Below the pieces are notes generated by a model. It saw nothing but the letters and a program-made list of their open reading frames with translations, did not search any database and had not been told where the DNA came from. A stretch of DNA of 64,000 nt, taken from positions 1-64,000 of the IMG/VR virus record IMGVR_UViG_3300046792_000297, one strand, 5' to 3'. The stretch is from a virus. Made by a program: the position numbers and the translations under genes. Of this stretch, positions 18,866 through 28,066 are shown piece by piece (positions within the stretch are counted from its first letter, which is position 1; each line of letters begins with the position of its first letter).

Positions 18866-19177
18866 TCAGAGCCTCGTGTAGAGGCCCGTTTCGCTGGTGA
18901 AGATGCTGTCCAGGTCTTCGGCGTACACGTCGGCGTGGCTGGCCACGGTCTCGCGGATCATGCGCTTGGGCGTGGTGCGGCAGTTCAGGAACTCCACCGT
19001 GTAGGTGTCGGAGGGGTCCAGGGTGACGATCACGTGGGTGATCTTCTTTGCGGCGCGGGGCAGCTTGAAGGACAGCGTGTTACTGGAGCCCACCAGGTTG
19101 CGAGCGCCGGTCATGGTCAGGAAGCGCCGACCGCCGAGTTGCTGAAGAATCGTTTGTGCCACTTCCAGGTTAGCCAT
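18866..19177 (-). CDS. conserved phage hypothetical protein
   Basis: AQTILQQLGG.RF..MTGA...DTY...TGLYTRL pattern. Confidence 0.8.
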   Translation of the reverse strand: MANLEVAQTILQQLGGRRFLTMTGARNLVGSSNTLSFKLPRAAKKITHVIVTLDPSDTYTVEFLNCRTTPKRMIRETVASHADVYAEDLDSIFTSETGLYTRL

Positions 19178-19418
19178 TGCTCACATCCTTCCAAAGCCAG
19201 GTCCAGACATCCGCCGGGTCGCGATGGCCCAGGTCGGCCAGCGTGCAGCCGGTCAGCGTGAAGTGTCCGTAGTCGTTGTGAAAGTGGGCCGGGCCGTCGA
19301 GGTAGTCGACGCCCTCCCAGCGGCCCCGCACGTATTCCTGCACCTGGGCCAGCTTGGAGAAGTTGCGGCGCACGGTGCCGTCCGTCCCGCGATACGTCAC
19401 GCTGTACTTGCTGGCCAT
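19170..19418 (-). CDS. hypothetical protein
   Basis: coupled ORF. Confidence 0.7.
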   Translation of the reverse strand: MASKYSVTYRGTDGTVRRNFSKLAQVQEYVRGRWEGVDYLDGPAHFHNDYGHFTLTGCTLADLGHRDPADVWTWLWKDVSNG

Positions 19419-19660
19419 CAGCGGCCTCCTTGGCAGCAGGGCAGGATGCGGAACAGTTGATCGACCGGGTACTCATTGTCGAACTGGCTGTTTAGTTCGG
19501 CGGCGGCGGCGGCCACGGCGGCTTCCACCGTCTCGCCCTCAATCGTCCAGTCCAGGGGCAAGCGTTTGCGGCTGTTGTGGCTGCATCCGACTGCGTGAAC
19601 CTCCATCGGGTAATCGGTTCTCAAGACTTGAAACTTCAATTCGCTCTCCTCTTCCACCAT
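19418..19660 (-). CDS. hypothetical protein (true start probably TTG near 19639)
   Basis: VH..GC...RILPC; follows promoter copy 13. Confidence 0.65.
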   Translation of the reverse strand: MVEEESELKFQVLRTDYPMEVHAVGCSHNSRKRLPLDWTIEGETVEAAVAAAAAELNSQFDNEYPVDQLFRILPCCQGGR

Positions 19661-19661
19661 G

Positions 19662-19691
19662 TATAGAATAACACAAATCAGATTGATGTAC
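19662..19691 (-). promoter_or_regulatory. repeated early promoter, copy 13
   Basis: GTACA-TCAATCTGATTTGTGT-TATTCT. Confidence 0.85.
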
Positions 19692-19808
19692 TAGCAGAAT
19701 ATCAGAATCAGGGCCACCACCAGGGCCACCAGCAGCCAGGAGCCGCCGCGCTTCTGGCACTGGCAGTGGGCGTGGACGACGATCAGCAGGTCGGACATGG
19801 GGTGCCTT

Positions 19809-20135
19809 TCAGAACGGGATGTCGCTGGGGTCGGGGTCTCGCAGATCGAGCACTTCAACCTCGTCCGGGCGCGGCCCGGCCACGGCGTAGTAGCACTCCG
19901 GGTTGTCGTGCTCGCCTTCGAGCGCCACGGCGGCCTGGGCCTCGGCCTCGGTGGGGTAGTCGGCGATCAGCTTGGCGGCCTCGCCCAGCACCGCGTCGGT
20001 GTGGTTGCAGTAGACCGTGTAGTGGAACACCACGGCCCAGCGCCCGGCGGCGACCACGGCGGCAATCTTGCCGTGGTCGCGGGGGTACTCCTGGGTTAGC
20101 CGCGAATTCTCGTAAGCGGCCTGGAACTCGTTCAT
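19809..20135 (-). CDS. hypothetical protein with SSB-like acidic DIPF C-terminus
   Basis: ends DPDPSDIPF. Confidence 0.7.
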   Translation of the reverse strand: MNEFQAAYENSRLTQEYPRDHGKIAAVVAAGRWAVVFHYTVYCNHTDAVLGEAAKLIADYPTEAEAQAAVALEGEHDNPECYYAVAGPRPDEVEVLDLRDPDPSDIPF

Positions 20136-20325
20136 GGGTTTACTCTCCTGCTTCGATGGTGAGCTTCAGGGTCTTGGGCGGCGCTTGGGCCGGGTTGTCC
20201 AGCATCAGCTTGGGCAGGTAGAAGGACACGTTGTAGTCCGCGTTCTCGTAGACGTGGGTGCCCTTGGTGCTTTTCTTGAAGGCCAGTTCGAGGGTTTTCT
20301 TCATGGTCAGTTCACCTTTCTGTTG

Positions 20326-20523
20326 TTAGCCGAGGGTCAGGAATCCTTGCCGCGCGTAGCGCGTGGCGTTGCCGTCCTTGATGTTGGAGAGGGGGAAGAT
20401 GGCCGTAAAGCGTCCCTGGCGGTTGCAGACCACGATGTGCCGGTCGTCGGCAAAGCCGAGTTTGGCCAGGGCCGCGAGCAGGTTGGCTTCGGTCTTGTAG
20501 GATTTGCTGTCGTCGATATTCAT
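20326..20523 (-). CDS. hypothetical protein
   Basis: AAGGTG upstream. Confidence 0.65.
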   Translation of the reverse strand: MNIDDSKSYKTEANLLAALAKLGFADDRHIVVCNRQGRFTAIFPLSNIKDGNATRYARQGFLTLG

Positions 20524-20686
20524 GGATCAATTCACCTTTCACAGCCAGTGCATCAGCACTGCGCCAACCACCGTCACCAGGCCGCCGATCCAGAGGCCCG
20601 AAAACATCCGGGCCGCGTCTTCAGTGCCGGTGAACCGTTGAGAACCTTTGGGAAGAGCCATCTTGCGTCCCTCTTTCAACTCCATA

Positions 20687-20717
20687 TATAGAATATCACG
20701 AATCGGAATAATGTACA
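20687..20717 (-). promoter_or_regulatory. repeated early promoter, copy 14
   Basis: TGTACA-TTATTCCGATTCGTGA-TATTCT. Confidence 0.8.
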
Positions 20718-20974
20718 CAATTAAATCAGAGATATTTTACCCCGTAAGCCGTTGAGGGGGTTGGTGTTACGAAATAATGATTATGGACCTGCCCTGGTTG
20801 GGTGGTATAGTATTCCGGTGCCGATGGTGAAGGGCTGGGATACTTCTCCTGAACAGAAAACACTCCCTGCCCACTTGTTCCTCGGCGCTTGGCCTGGGAG
20901 GGCCGTTCTCCGGGAGGGAGCGGTCGAAGCCCGCTGGTTTCACGCCAGCGGGCTTTTCCGTTTAGTATGGCGGC

Positions 20975-21310
20975 ATGACGGTGCTGGCCTGGCGGACGGT
21001 GATCACGGAGGGCGACTTCGGGCGTTTCGTGCTGGTCAATGCCGACTACGACGGGCTGGCCTGGAGCGGCAGCGAGTGGACGCCGCACCGCCGGGGCATT
21101 CCCACGGGCCGGGCGCAAGTCTCTAACTTCGACTCCTGGGAGCAGGCGCGGGACTACGCCGAGCAGGCGGGCCTGTCGGTCGTGACCTACCGGCTGGGCA
21201 CGGCGGTGCGCTCGATCACCTGCCTGCGCTGCCAGCACACCAGCTTCAACCCGGAGGATGTCGAGCAGCGTTATTGCGGCCACTGCCACATCTTCATGGA
21301 CGCCGAATGA
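20975..21310 (+). CDS. zinc-ribbon protein, opposite strand to its neighbours
   Basis: ITCLRC.HTS.NP.DV..RYCGHCH. Confidence 0.75.
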   Translation: MTVLAWRTVITEGDFGRFVLVNADYDGLAWSGSEWTPHRRGIPTGRAQVSNFDSWEQARDYAEQAGLSVVTYRLGTAVRSITCLRCQHTSFNPEDVEQRYCGHCHIFMDAE

Positions 21311-21470
21311 GGCTGGCGGCGGCGTCCGGCTGTGCGCCAAGCACGATGGTGAGCCTGGCCAAATGTTCCGCGATCTCCGCCAGCATCACCAGCAGGTGTT
21401 GCTGCATCTTCTCTTCGTCGTACTCGCGCAGGGCACCGCAAAGGTAGTGATTGATTTGTTGCGGGGTCAT
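21294..21470 (-). CDS. small hypothetical protein
   Basis: AGGAG upstream; directly downstream of triple operator repeat. Confidence 0.6.
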   Translation of the reverse strand: MTPQQINHYLCGALREYDEEKMQQHLLVMLAEIAEHLARLTIVLGAQPDAAASLIRRP

Positions 21471-21480
21471 GGTAACTCCT

Positions 21481-21549
21481 GTAGTTGAAACTTCAATAGT
21501 GGACCGTAGTTGAGAATTCAATAAGTGGCGTAGTTGAAAATTCAATAAG
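21481..21549. promoter_or_regulatory. three direct repeats, each with a TTGA-N4-TCAA palindrome (operator array)
   Basis: GTAGTTGAAACTTCAATA / GTAGTTGAGAATTCAATA / GTAGTTGAAAATTCAATA at 21481, 21506, 21530. Confidence 0.8.
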
Positions 21550-21677
21550 CCACCAGCACCAGCACAGCACCAGCAGATAGTAATAAGCCCCAAAACACGG
21601 CGGAAAAGGGCGTCTCCGCGTGAGCGGCTGCACATATTTAGCCGATGAGCGCGAGAATGTCAAATCGAAAGATTGGC

Positions 21678-21914
21678 TCAATCGTCCCAGGTGAGGTCGA
21701 CCACCGCGCCGTGCGCCAGGTCGCAGTATTGCCCGGCTTCGTTCTGGAGCAGCGGGATCATGTTCACGTAGAGCCCGCCGCCAAGGCGCAGTCCGTCTTC
21801 CAGGCCCACCATCAGGCTCTGGCGGTTGTCCGAACCCATGATGATGGTGCCGCTGACGGTTTGGTTGTTGACGCGCAGGGTGACGCGCTGGCCGGAGATC
21901 ACTGCTTTTCCCAA
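21678..21914 (-). CDS. hypothetical protein
   Basis: overlapping ORF in operon. Confidence 0.6.
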   Translation of the reverse strand: MGKAVISGQRVTLRVNNQTVSGTIIMGSDNRQSLMVGLEDGLRLGGGLYVNMIPLLQNEAGQYCDLAHGAVVDLTWDD

Positions 21915-22171
21915 TCAAAGATTGACGCTGTGAATGCGGTTAGTGGACGGTTGGGTTCGCCGTCCTCGCGCAGCGGCTTGATGGTGCTGGACTGCCGCCA
22001 GAATTCCGCCGCTTCGACGAAGGTCTCAAATTGCAGCGCAAGGTGCGGCTTAGCGGTAGTCCACACCCGCCCCAGACCATTCTCGTAATTCGGATCGTAG
22101 TGGAGCACGTAGCGACCGTCATGTTCGGATGGTCCGGCAGTGTCGGCTTCCAGCTTGATGACGTAGCTCAT
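21899..22171 (-). CDS. conserved phage hypothetical protein
   Basis: PLREDGEPNRPLTAF. Confidence 0.75.
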   Translation of the reverse strand: MSYVIKLEADTAGPSEHDGRYVLHYDPNYENGLGRVWTTAKPHLALQFETFVEAAEFWRQSSTIKPLREDGEPNRPLTAFTASIFDWEKQ

Positions 22172-22419
22172 TGCTGGCTCGATTCGATGATCAGGTTGTT
22201 GCCCTCGAAGTACGGATGGTTGGCGCTGTAGAAGATGGTCGGCCCGAATATCTCCAACAACTGGCGGAGTTGAAAGCGGATCGAGCCGTCGGGCTGGGTG
22301 AGCCGCTCGCGGGTTTCCTTGGGAATGCCGCCCGGCCAGCCGCTCAGCCAGACCTTCGCGCCAATGGGCGTGAGACGCACGAACACCTGGTCGTTGAGGT
22401 TGCAGACGAAGCGGGTCAT
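22168..22419 (-). CDS. hypothetical protein
   Basis: NLND.V.VRLT..G...FQL.QL..IFG. Confidence 0.7.
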   Translation of the reverse strand: MTRFVCNLNDQVFVRLTPIGAKVWLSGWPGGIPKETRERLTQPDGSIRFQLRQLLEIFGPTIFYSANHPYFEGNNLIIESSQQ

Positions 22420-22640
22420 TGATCCTCGTTTCGCATGGCGATGAAAAACTTCATCATTTGACTGAGCGTCATCGTGTCCGTGGCTTCGCCTCGAACCAGG
22501 ATGATCAGACCCATGAGCGCGGCGCACAACAGCACACCCATGTCCGCCGTGCCGCTGCACTCATTGCTCAGTTGTGTCAATAGCTTCCGCGCCCGGTCCA
22601 TCGTTGTCCTGGCTTGCTCTTCCGAATCAGTCATGGTCAT
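22416..22640 (-). CDS. hypothetical protein
   Basis: coupled ORF. Confidence 0.6.
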   Translation of the reverse strand: MTMTDSEEQARTTMDRARKLLTQLSNECSGTADMGVLLCAALMGLIILVRGEATDTMTLSQMMKFFIAMRNEDQ

Positions 22641-23044
22641 TGCGTGCCCTTCGGTTGCTGGCAGGCGAGCGCGAGTGCGAAGAACTCATCGGCGTCGAAG
22701 TTGAAGCGTTTCCCGTCGAACGGCATGGGGCAGGTCGCGGTGGCTTCGAACAACGAGTCGTCGATGTCCACGGTTTTCGTGTACGGGATTTTCCTTATCC
22801 AGCCGCGCATTCGTTCGTCGTTCATTAACCTTCCCAGACACGCCATGCGTTCGATGACGGCCATCGCCAGGCCCGTGCGGATGGCCCCGTCGGGAAGAAT
22901 CTCCTTGAGGGTAAACGCGGCTAGTTCGAAGCTATCAAGCTGATCGGCGTCGGGGTCGTGGCGTATCCGCTCGGACATTCCCACGGATAATTCTTTGATG
23001 AGAGCCGGGTCGACCGGCACGTTGCTGAGTTCTCGTTCATCCAT
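22637..23044 (-). CDS. hypothetical protein
   Basis: GGAGG upstream; coupled. Confidence 0.7.
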   Translation of the reverse strand: MDERELSNVPVDPALIKELSVGMSERIRHDPDADQLDSFELAAFTLKEILPDGAIRTGLAMAVIERMACLGRLMNDERMRGWIRKIPYTKTVDIDDSLFEATATCPMPFDGKRFNFDADEFFALALACQQPKGTQ

Positions 23045-24794
23045 TGAGTGCCTCCGCGAATTCCTTGTTGAGTTGAATGGTGCCCGAGCCCTCGATCAAC
23101 TCCAGCGTCCGCAGGCGGCTCAGTGCGTTGTTGAACCCGCCGCCGGACGCGGTGTACGCGCTCTCGTGGGCCAGTTCGTCCTTGGTGATCGGGGTGCGCG
23201 GCGCATCGGCCAGCACGCTCAGAATCATGCGCTCGGCCTTGCCCAGCTTCTGCTGCCAGTGGGCCAGCAGCGCCGCGCCGGTCGGCAGCGGCTCCCAGGA
23301 GCCCAGCGCCTCGAATCCCTTGGCGGTCAGGTCGAGCGGGTCGGAGCCGGTCAGCCAGTTGTTCGACCGGCACTTGGAGATGGCGTTGTTGAACCCGCCG
23401 CCGTTGACCGCGTATCCGGCGTAGGCGGCCACCGCCGCCTTGCTGCTCGATCCGCGCTGCGCCAGCACGGTGAGCACGGCACGCTCGGCCTTGCCCATCG
23501 GCACGCCCCGCGTCTGGACGCCGGTCAGCGGCTTCGGGCGGTCACGCTTGACCTCGTGCTGCTCGTTGAGGAAAAAAGTCTTGGGCTTCACGGCAGCCTG
23601 GATAGCCTGGCGGGCCTGCTCGCCCAGCTTAGGCGGGCTCCAATCCTGGTTGCCGACGATGGTGGCCAGCCGCGTCAGCGCGGCCTGCACGCCCACCACT
23701 GCCGTGCTGCACTCGCCGATGGCTTTACCGAACAGCCCTTGCAGGTGCTCGCGGTTGGCCGCCAGGATACGCCCAAGCTCCTGCTCCTGGGCCAGCAGCA
23801 GGGCGTCGCGGTCCAGCATTTCGCCGGTCTGGGCGTGGGCGTCGCCCAGCATTCGCTTCAGTTTGGCGATCTCCGCTCGCAGCTTGGCCGGGTCATCGGC
23901 CTCGGCCTTCTCGATCACTTGCTGCATGTCGGCGCGGAGCGCCTCGACGTCCATCGGGGTGAGTGTGGCCGCCTTGCGCTTCTGTCCCACCTTGGGCGTA
24001 GCCGAAGCGTCGAATGTGGTTTTCTTGTTGAACTGGAAGCGGGCGAACACGCGCAGCCAGGAGGGCGACCACACGTAGCCTTCGCCTTGGGCCAGGCCGG
24101 GCAGCAGGCCCACGATCTCGCGATCCGCTCCCGCTTCCTGCACCCACTCTTCGAGCGCCTTGCGTTCGTGCGTGCCGTTGACCTGGAGGGCGAACAGGCA
24201 CTCCACCTGGGACAGCACTTCCTTGTTGATTGACTGGGGTCGCTGCGAGATCATGCTCGCGCCCACGCCGTAGTTGCGGCCCAGCCGGATGATGTTCTCG
24301 AACGCGCCCAGCATCCGTGCCTCGTCCGGTCCCACACGCTGCGGCGCGAATAGTTGGGCTTCCTCGACGAACAGGTGCACGGCGGACTTCTGGCTCTTCT
24401 TGCGGTGGAAGAATTCTTCCGCGAAGTCGGCGGCGAAGCGTTTGCGCTCGCCCTGGCGGAAGCTGGAAATGTCGAGGATCACCGACACGTCTTTCTCCAC
24501 CAGCAGCCGTGCGATCCGTTGCCCGGCGTCGGGCAGGATGGGCACGTCGCCGTGTTCGCCGCCCACGATGAAGATGTCTTTGCCGCGAGCCCGGCCATCG
24601 GCGGCCACGCGCAGGCCGTACCAGTTGCCCACGGGATCGAGAATAATGATTTGCGCGTGGCGGTCGAGCATCTGCTCGGCCATCAGCCCGGCCAGGTAAG
24701 TCTTGCCGCTCCCCTTGCGTCCGATGAAGCCGAACGTCTGGGTCACGGCGTCGAGTGGTATGCGCAGGTTCTCGGCCAGAGCTAAGTCAGTCAC
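23037..24794 (-). CDS. HerA/FtsK-family ATPase with two C-terminal winged-helix-like repeats
   Basis: GRKGSGKT, ILDPVG, FVEEAQ, GRNYG, SQRP; duplicated (M/L)GKAER...GGGFNNA unit. Confidence 0.88.
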   Translation of the reverse strand: MTDLALAENLRIPLDAVTQTFGFIGRKGSGKTYLAGLMAEQMLDRHAQIIILDPVGNWYGLRVAADGRARGKDIFIVGGEHGDVPILPDAGQRIARLLVEKDVSVILDISSFRQGERKRFAADFAEEFFHRKKSQKSAVHLFVEEAQLFAPQRVGPDEARMLGAFENIIRLGRNYGVGASMISQRPQSINKEVLSQVECLFALQVNGTHERKALEEWVQEAGADREIVGLLPGLAQGEGYVWSPSWLRVFARFQFNKKTTFDASATPKVGQKRKAATLTPMDVEALRADMQQVIEKAEADDPAKLRAEIAKLKRMLGDAHAQTGEMLDRDALLLAQEQELGRILAANREHLQGLFGKAIGECSTAVVGVQAALTRLATIVGNQDWSPPKLGEQARQAIQAAVKPKTFFLNEQHEVKRDRPKPLTGVQTRGVPMGKAERAVLTVLAQRGSSSKAAVAAYAGYAVNGGGFNNAISKCRSNNWLTGSDPLDLTAKGFEALGSWEPLPTGAALLAHWQQKLGKAERMILSVLADAPRTPITKDELAHESAYTASGGGFNNALSRLRTLELIEGSGTIQLNKEFAEALNG

Positions 24795-25375
24795 TGGTAC
24801 GCTCTCCACACTTCGGTCAGGTCGAGCGCGAAGCCTTCCACGGGACCAGAGCCGTGCAGTTCGCTGTCCGCCGTCATCGTTTCCGTGATGTTGCTGTAGC
24901 AATAGCTAAAGCGCCTGTAGGGATCGATCAGCCAGCCCAACTCAATGCCGTTGGCCATCCAATCGTGCATCTTGTCGTTGGCCGCCGACAGCGCATCAGT
25001 CGCCGACAGCAGTTCGATCACGAAGTTGGGACAGACGGGCGCGAAACCGCGCCAGGCTTCGCGCGGTACGAGGGCGACGCGTTCCTCCGTGATGTAGGCG
25101 GCGTCGGGTCCGAGTTTGGAGCCATCGGGCAGGACGAACACGGTGTTGGAATCGAACACGCGCCCGCGTTTGTGGGTGTGCCACCAATTGCCTAGTTGGC
25201 GGATGATCTCCGAGTTGGCCTCGCTGCTTTCGTTGCCTGCTGGCGTCATCATGCGGATCGTGCCTTCTTTCGTGAGTTCAATATTCATGTCTGGATAGCG
25301 GCGGCAGAGTTCGTCGAACTCGCCGTCGCTCAAGCGCGGTTCAAAAGTCAGCGTGTGGTTACCAAGCTCTGCCAT
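24791..25375 (-). CDS. Uma2 (DUF820) family PD-(D/E)xK endonuclease-like protein
   Basis: FDSNT.F.LPDG...PDAAY...CPNFVIELLS...LGWLIDP. Confidence 0.92.
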   Translation of the reverse strand: MAELGNHTLTFEPRLSDGEFDELCRRYPDMNIELTKEGTIRMMTPAGNESSEANSEIIRQLGNWWHTHKRGRVFDSNTVFVLPDGSKLGPDAAYITEERVALVPREAWRGFAPVCPNFVIELLSATDALSAANDKMHDWMANGIELGWLIDPYRRFSYCYSNITETMTADSELHGSGPVEGFALDLTEVWRAYQ

Positions 25376-25377
25376 AA

Positions 25378-25563
25378 TCACTTCCCTTCCGGGTGGAGCC
25401 GCTGTTCCAGTTTGCGTGCGGTGCGGCCAATCTTCAGCAAGCGCAGTTCACGGGTGAGCACGCCGATGGTAATGTCTTCGCCCGCTGCGTCCATCAGCTT
25501 GGTAATGACTTCGCCAAGCTCGTTGATCAGGCGAAGCACTTCGGGGCGGTCGGGGTCGCTCAT
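25378..25563 (-). CDS. hypothetical protein
   Basis: coupled ORF. Confidence 0.6.
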   Translation of the reverse strand: MSDPDRPEVLRLINELGEVITKLMDAAGEDITIGVLTRELRLLKIGRTARKLEQRLHPEGK

Positions 25564-26135
25564 ACGTTTCCCTTCTCGCGCAGACTGGCGTTCAAACCCT
25601 TGATGCGCATATCGAGCGAGAATTCGCGGTGTTCTTCTTGTTTCTTCTCCAAGAACAGCTTGGCTCGGTGGTAGCGTTTCAGCCTGGTGATGCTGTTGTC
25701 GGCCAGCTTGGGCAAGCGGCCCACGTCCATGTTGTCGGCCAGGTCGGCCAGCTTGATCTCGATGGCCAGCGGGTTCATCGCCACGCGGGGGATGTACTCG
25801 TCCAGGTAGAGTTCGTCGTGGTCGTAGGCCACACTGTCGAACGGCACCATGCCGATCCGGCCCCGCGTCAGGTGATCGACGGCGATGGCCACGGTGGAAT
25901 CGAATTCGCGTTTCAGGTCGGCGACCGTGACCTGGACCTCGGTGGCGAACGTGTCTTCCACCACGTCGTGCAACAGGGCCACGATGGTCTTCAGGTCGCT
26001 GTCGGCGAACTTGGTGGCCAGGCGCAGGGGATGGAGAATGTAGGGCACGCCCGCCAGATCGACCTTTCCGGCGTGGGCGTGAACCGCGATCTCCAGTGCC
26101 TTGTCGATGCTCAGCGCCCGCTCGATGTCGGTCAT
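25560..26135 (-). CDS. HD-domain hydrolase, RelA/SpoT hydrolase (small alarmone hydrolase)-like
   Basis: AH.G..D..G.PYILHPL, ALLHDVVED, IKLADLADN. Confidence 0.88.
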   Translation of the reverse strand: MTDIERALSIDKALEIAVHAHAGKVDLAGVPYILHPLRLATKFADSDLKTIVALLHDVVEDTFATEVQVTVADLKREFDSTVAIAVDHLTRGRIGMVPFDSVAYDHDELYLDEYIPRVAMNPLAIEIKLADLADNMDVGRLPKLADNSITRLKRYHRAKLFLEKKQEEHREFSLDMRIKGLNASLREKGNV

Positions 26136-26338
26136 GCCTTCCCTCCACTGGCTTCGATCTGGTCGGCGGTGCTGCGCAGGATGCGCGGTAGCTGCGCCAG
26201 CAAGGCCAGGTCGCTGGTCTGCACGGAGAAGCCGTCACCGTGGATGCCGCCGAACACCAGCACGGCCACTGCGACGGCCTGGGTTTGCTCGCGGACCTGG
26301 CTGCAAACGGTATCGTACTTGCCGGGGCCGATTGCCAT
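26132..26338 (-). CDS. hypothetical protein
   Basis: GPGKYD; coupled. Confidence 0.7.
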   Translation of the reverse strand: MAIGPGKYDTVCSQVREQTQAVAVAVLVFGGIHGDGFSVQTSDLALLAQLPRILRSTADQIEASGGKA

Positions 26339-26658
26339 CACGCCTCCCTGGCGGCCAGGTTGCGAGCCCGAATGACGGCCACGCAGCCGGGGCACTCCAC
26401 GTGGGCTCCGTTGCCGAACGCGCCGTGCGTGGGGCAAGGGTGCTCGACGGGCTGAGCCTCTGCCGAACTGGGCAGCCGGTTCCACCAGGTATCAATCTCG
26501 GACCGCAATGTCCAGACCTCGCGGCGAAAGGCTTCGATCCGCTCCCGCTCGGGCGAGATGGGGGCGGTCGGTATGTTGGTGAACGCGTGTTCGGAGTAGA
26601 ACTTCAAGGCGACCGCGATGGTCGACACTTCGGACTGCGTGAATGTCTTGCTGGCCAT
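26338..26658 (-). CDS. hypothetical protein with C-terminal zinc ribbon
   Basis: CPTHG...CPGC. Confidence 0.7.
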   Translation of the reverse strand: MASKTFTQSEVSTIAVALKFYSEHAFTNIPTAPISPERERIEAFRREVWTLRSEIDTWWNRLPSSAEAQPVEHPCPTHGAFGNGAHVECPGCVAVIRARNLAAREA

Positions 26659-26682
26659 GTTGCCTCCATAGTTGATTATTAC

Positions 26683-26943
26683 TTAATCGGATTCATGTGT
26701 TGCGGCGACCGGCTTGCGGGTCGGCCACTCCACCTTGTAGCGGCGCGGGCCATCCTTGACGATCTTGAACTTGCGCCCATCCGAGTAGCCCTTGCGCAGG
26801 GCGCGGTAGATGGTGGCCTTGGTGATGCCCAGTTGGGTGGCGGCGGCCATCTTGGAGCCGGTCTGGTGAATCGACCACAGGATGTGATCGAGCGTCAAAT
26901 CGGCCAGAGGCCGGGAAGGCAGTTCGATGAAGTCCTCGCTCAT
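26683..26943 (-). CDS. Fis-type HTH protein
   Basis: GSKMAAATQLGITKATIYR. Confidence 0.8.
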   Translation of the reverse strand: MSEDFIELPSRPLADLTLDHILWSIHQTGSKMAAATQLGITKATIYRALRKGYSDGRKFKIVKDGPRRYKVEWPTRKPVAATHESD

Positions 26944-27386
26944 GCCTCACTCAACTTCCTGGCTAGCTGCCGGACCTGCTCGTCGTCGGGCAGCGCCAGC
27001 GTGACTTCCAGCCGGTTGTCTTCGCAGCGCACGGTGGCCCCGTACTGCGGGGGAAACAGCGCGTCCAGCGCCTGCATTCGCTGGCGGTAGGCTTCCTGCT
27101 CGTCGCGGAACCGGCGGTGCTTGTCATCCTCGGCCTGTTCCCTGCTTTCAATCTCTTCGATCTCTCGCGGCGTGGCAATGCCGACGATGTAGGGAGCGCC
27201 GATGCCCATGCCCACCGCCCGGCCCTTGTCGCGGTAGAAGCGGTTGTTGGCCGCCCGGTCGAGGATGATCTGCGTGGCCGTGACGCGGGCCACGGTGGCC
27301 AGCTTCTGACGGGGCGACCTGAGCGAGCCGGTCTCCAGCGTGACCCGGTCACCGGCCTTGATCTGCGATAGCTGTTCGAGTCTCAT
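26940..27386 (-). CDS. hypothetical protein
   Basis: coupled ORF. Confidence 0.7.
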   Translation of the reverse strand: MRLEQLSQIKAGDRVTLETGSLRSPRQKLATVARVTATQIILDRAANNRFYRDKGRAVGMGIGAPYIVGIATPREIEEIESREQAEDDKHRRFRDEQEAYRQRMQALDALFPPQYGATVRCEDNRLEVTLALPDDEQVRQLARKLSEA

Positions 27387-27616
27387 AATTTATGCCCCAG
27401 TGAGAAGTCGGTTTGCGCAACGTCATGTTTTGCGATGAGCGTCAATTGGTCGATGAGTTGACGCAGGTGAATGTGGCACACGGAGACGGTCCCAATGCCC
27501 TCGAAGCAAATCGAATACACGGGGGCTTGGCTTAGGTCGTAGGGCTGGTTTTGACAAGCATCGCAGCCCTGATTCCTAGTGTCCGTGAACCGTTTAACGG
27601 TGACATTCTGCATCAT
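27383..27616 (-). CDS. small Cys-containing protein
   Basis: CDAC...CH.H. Confidence 0.65.
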   Translation of the reverse strand: MMQNVTVKRFTDTRNQGCDACQNQPYDLSQAPVYSICFEGIGTVSVCHIHLRQLIDQLTLIAKHDVAQTDFSLGHKL

Positions 27617-27848
27617 GTTGCTCCTTCGTCAGTTCGGCACGTTTCGCGCGGCCTGCGGCCAAGGCTGTGGCGCGGTCGGGAAACCTCTGGTTGTCGTTGA
27701 CGTTGATGAAGCGGATGAACTTCGTGAAGAGCCGCCCGGTCCGCTTGTTGCGGGCAGTGCGATACTCCCGAATCGTGCAGAAGTAGCCGCCGATTCCCGA
27801 TGGGGTGGTGCCGATCTTGTAGCGTTGGCTGAGCGTCATTCGCACCAT
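27594..27848 (-). CDS. basic hypothetical protein
   Basis: overlapping ORF in operon. Confidence 0.6.
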   Translation of the reverse strand: MVRMTLSQRYKIGTTPSGIGGYFCTIREYRTARNKRTGRLFTKFIRFINVNDNQRFPDRATALAAGRAKRAELTKEQHDAECHR

Positions 27849-28066
27849 CCCGCACAGGTGGTCGCGCAGGTGGTCGCGAGCAGCAGAAACTTCTCCAGGG
27901 CGGCGATGAAGGCTCGCAGTTCCCGGCGGGGCACGTGAATGGTGATGGCCACGGAGGGCTCTGTCTTACCTTCCTGCTGTTCGATCAGCAGGCGGATGGG
28001 GTCGCTCATGCCGGGCTCGGGTTGAGGCTGGTTTGCAGATGCGGGGGGAACGGGCTTGCGTTTCAT
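27836..28066 (-). CDS. hypothetical protein
   Basis: AGGAG upstream; coupled. Confidence 0.6.
   Translation of the reverse strand: MKRKPVPPASANQPQPEPGMSDPIRLLIEQQEGKTEPSVAITIHVPRRELRAFIAALEKFLLLATTCATTCAGWCE

Noticed and set aside
121-20717. Recurring ~30-bp repeat as a CRISPR array or integron attC sites
   Set aside because: Copies are degenerate, separated by whole genes, and have -35/-10 geometry upstream of RBSs. No cas or integron integrase is present.
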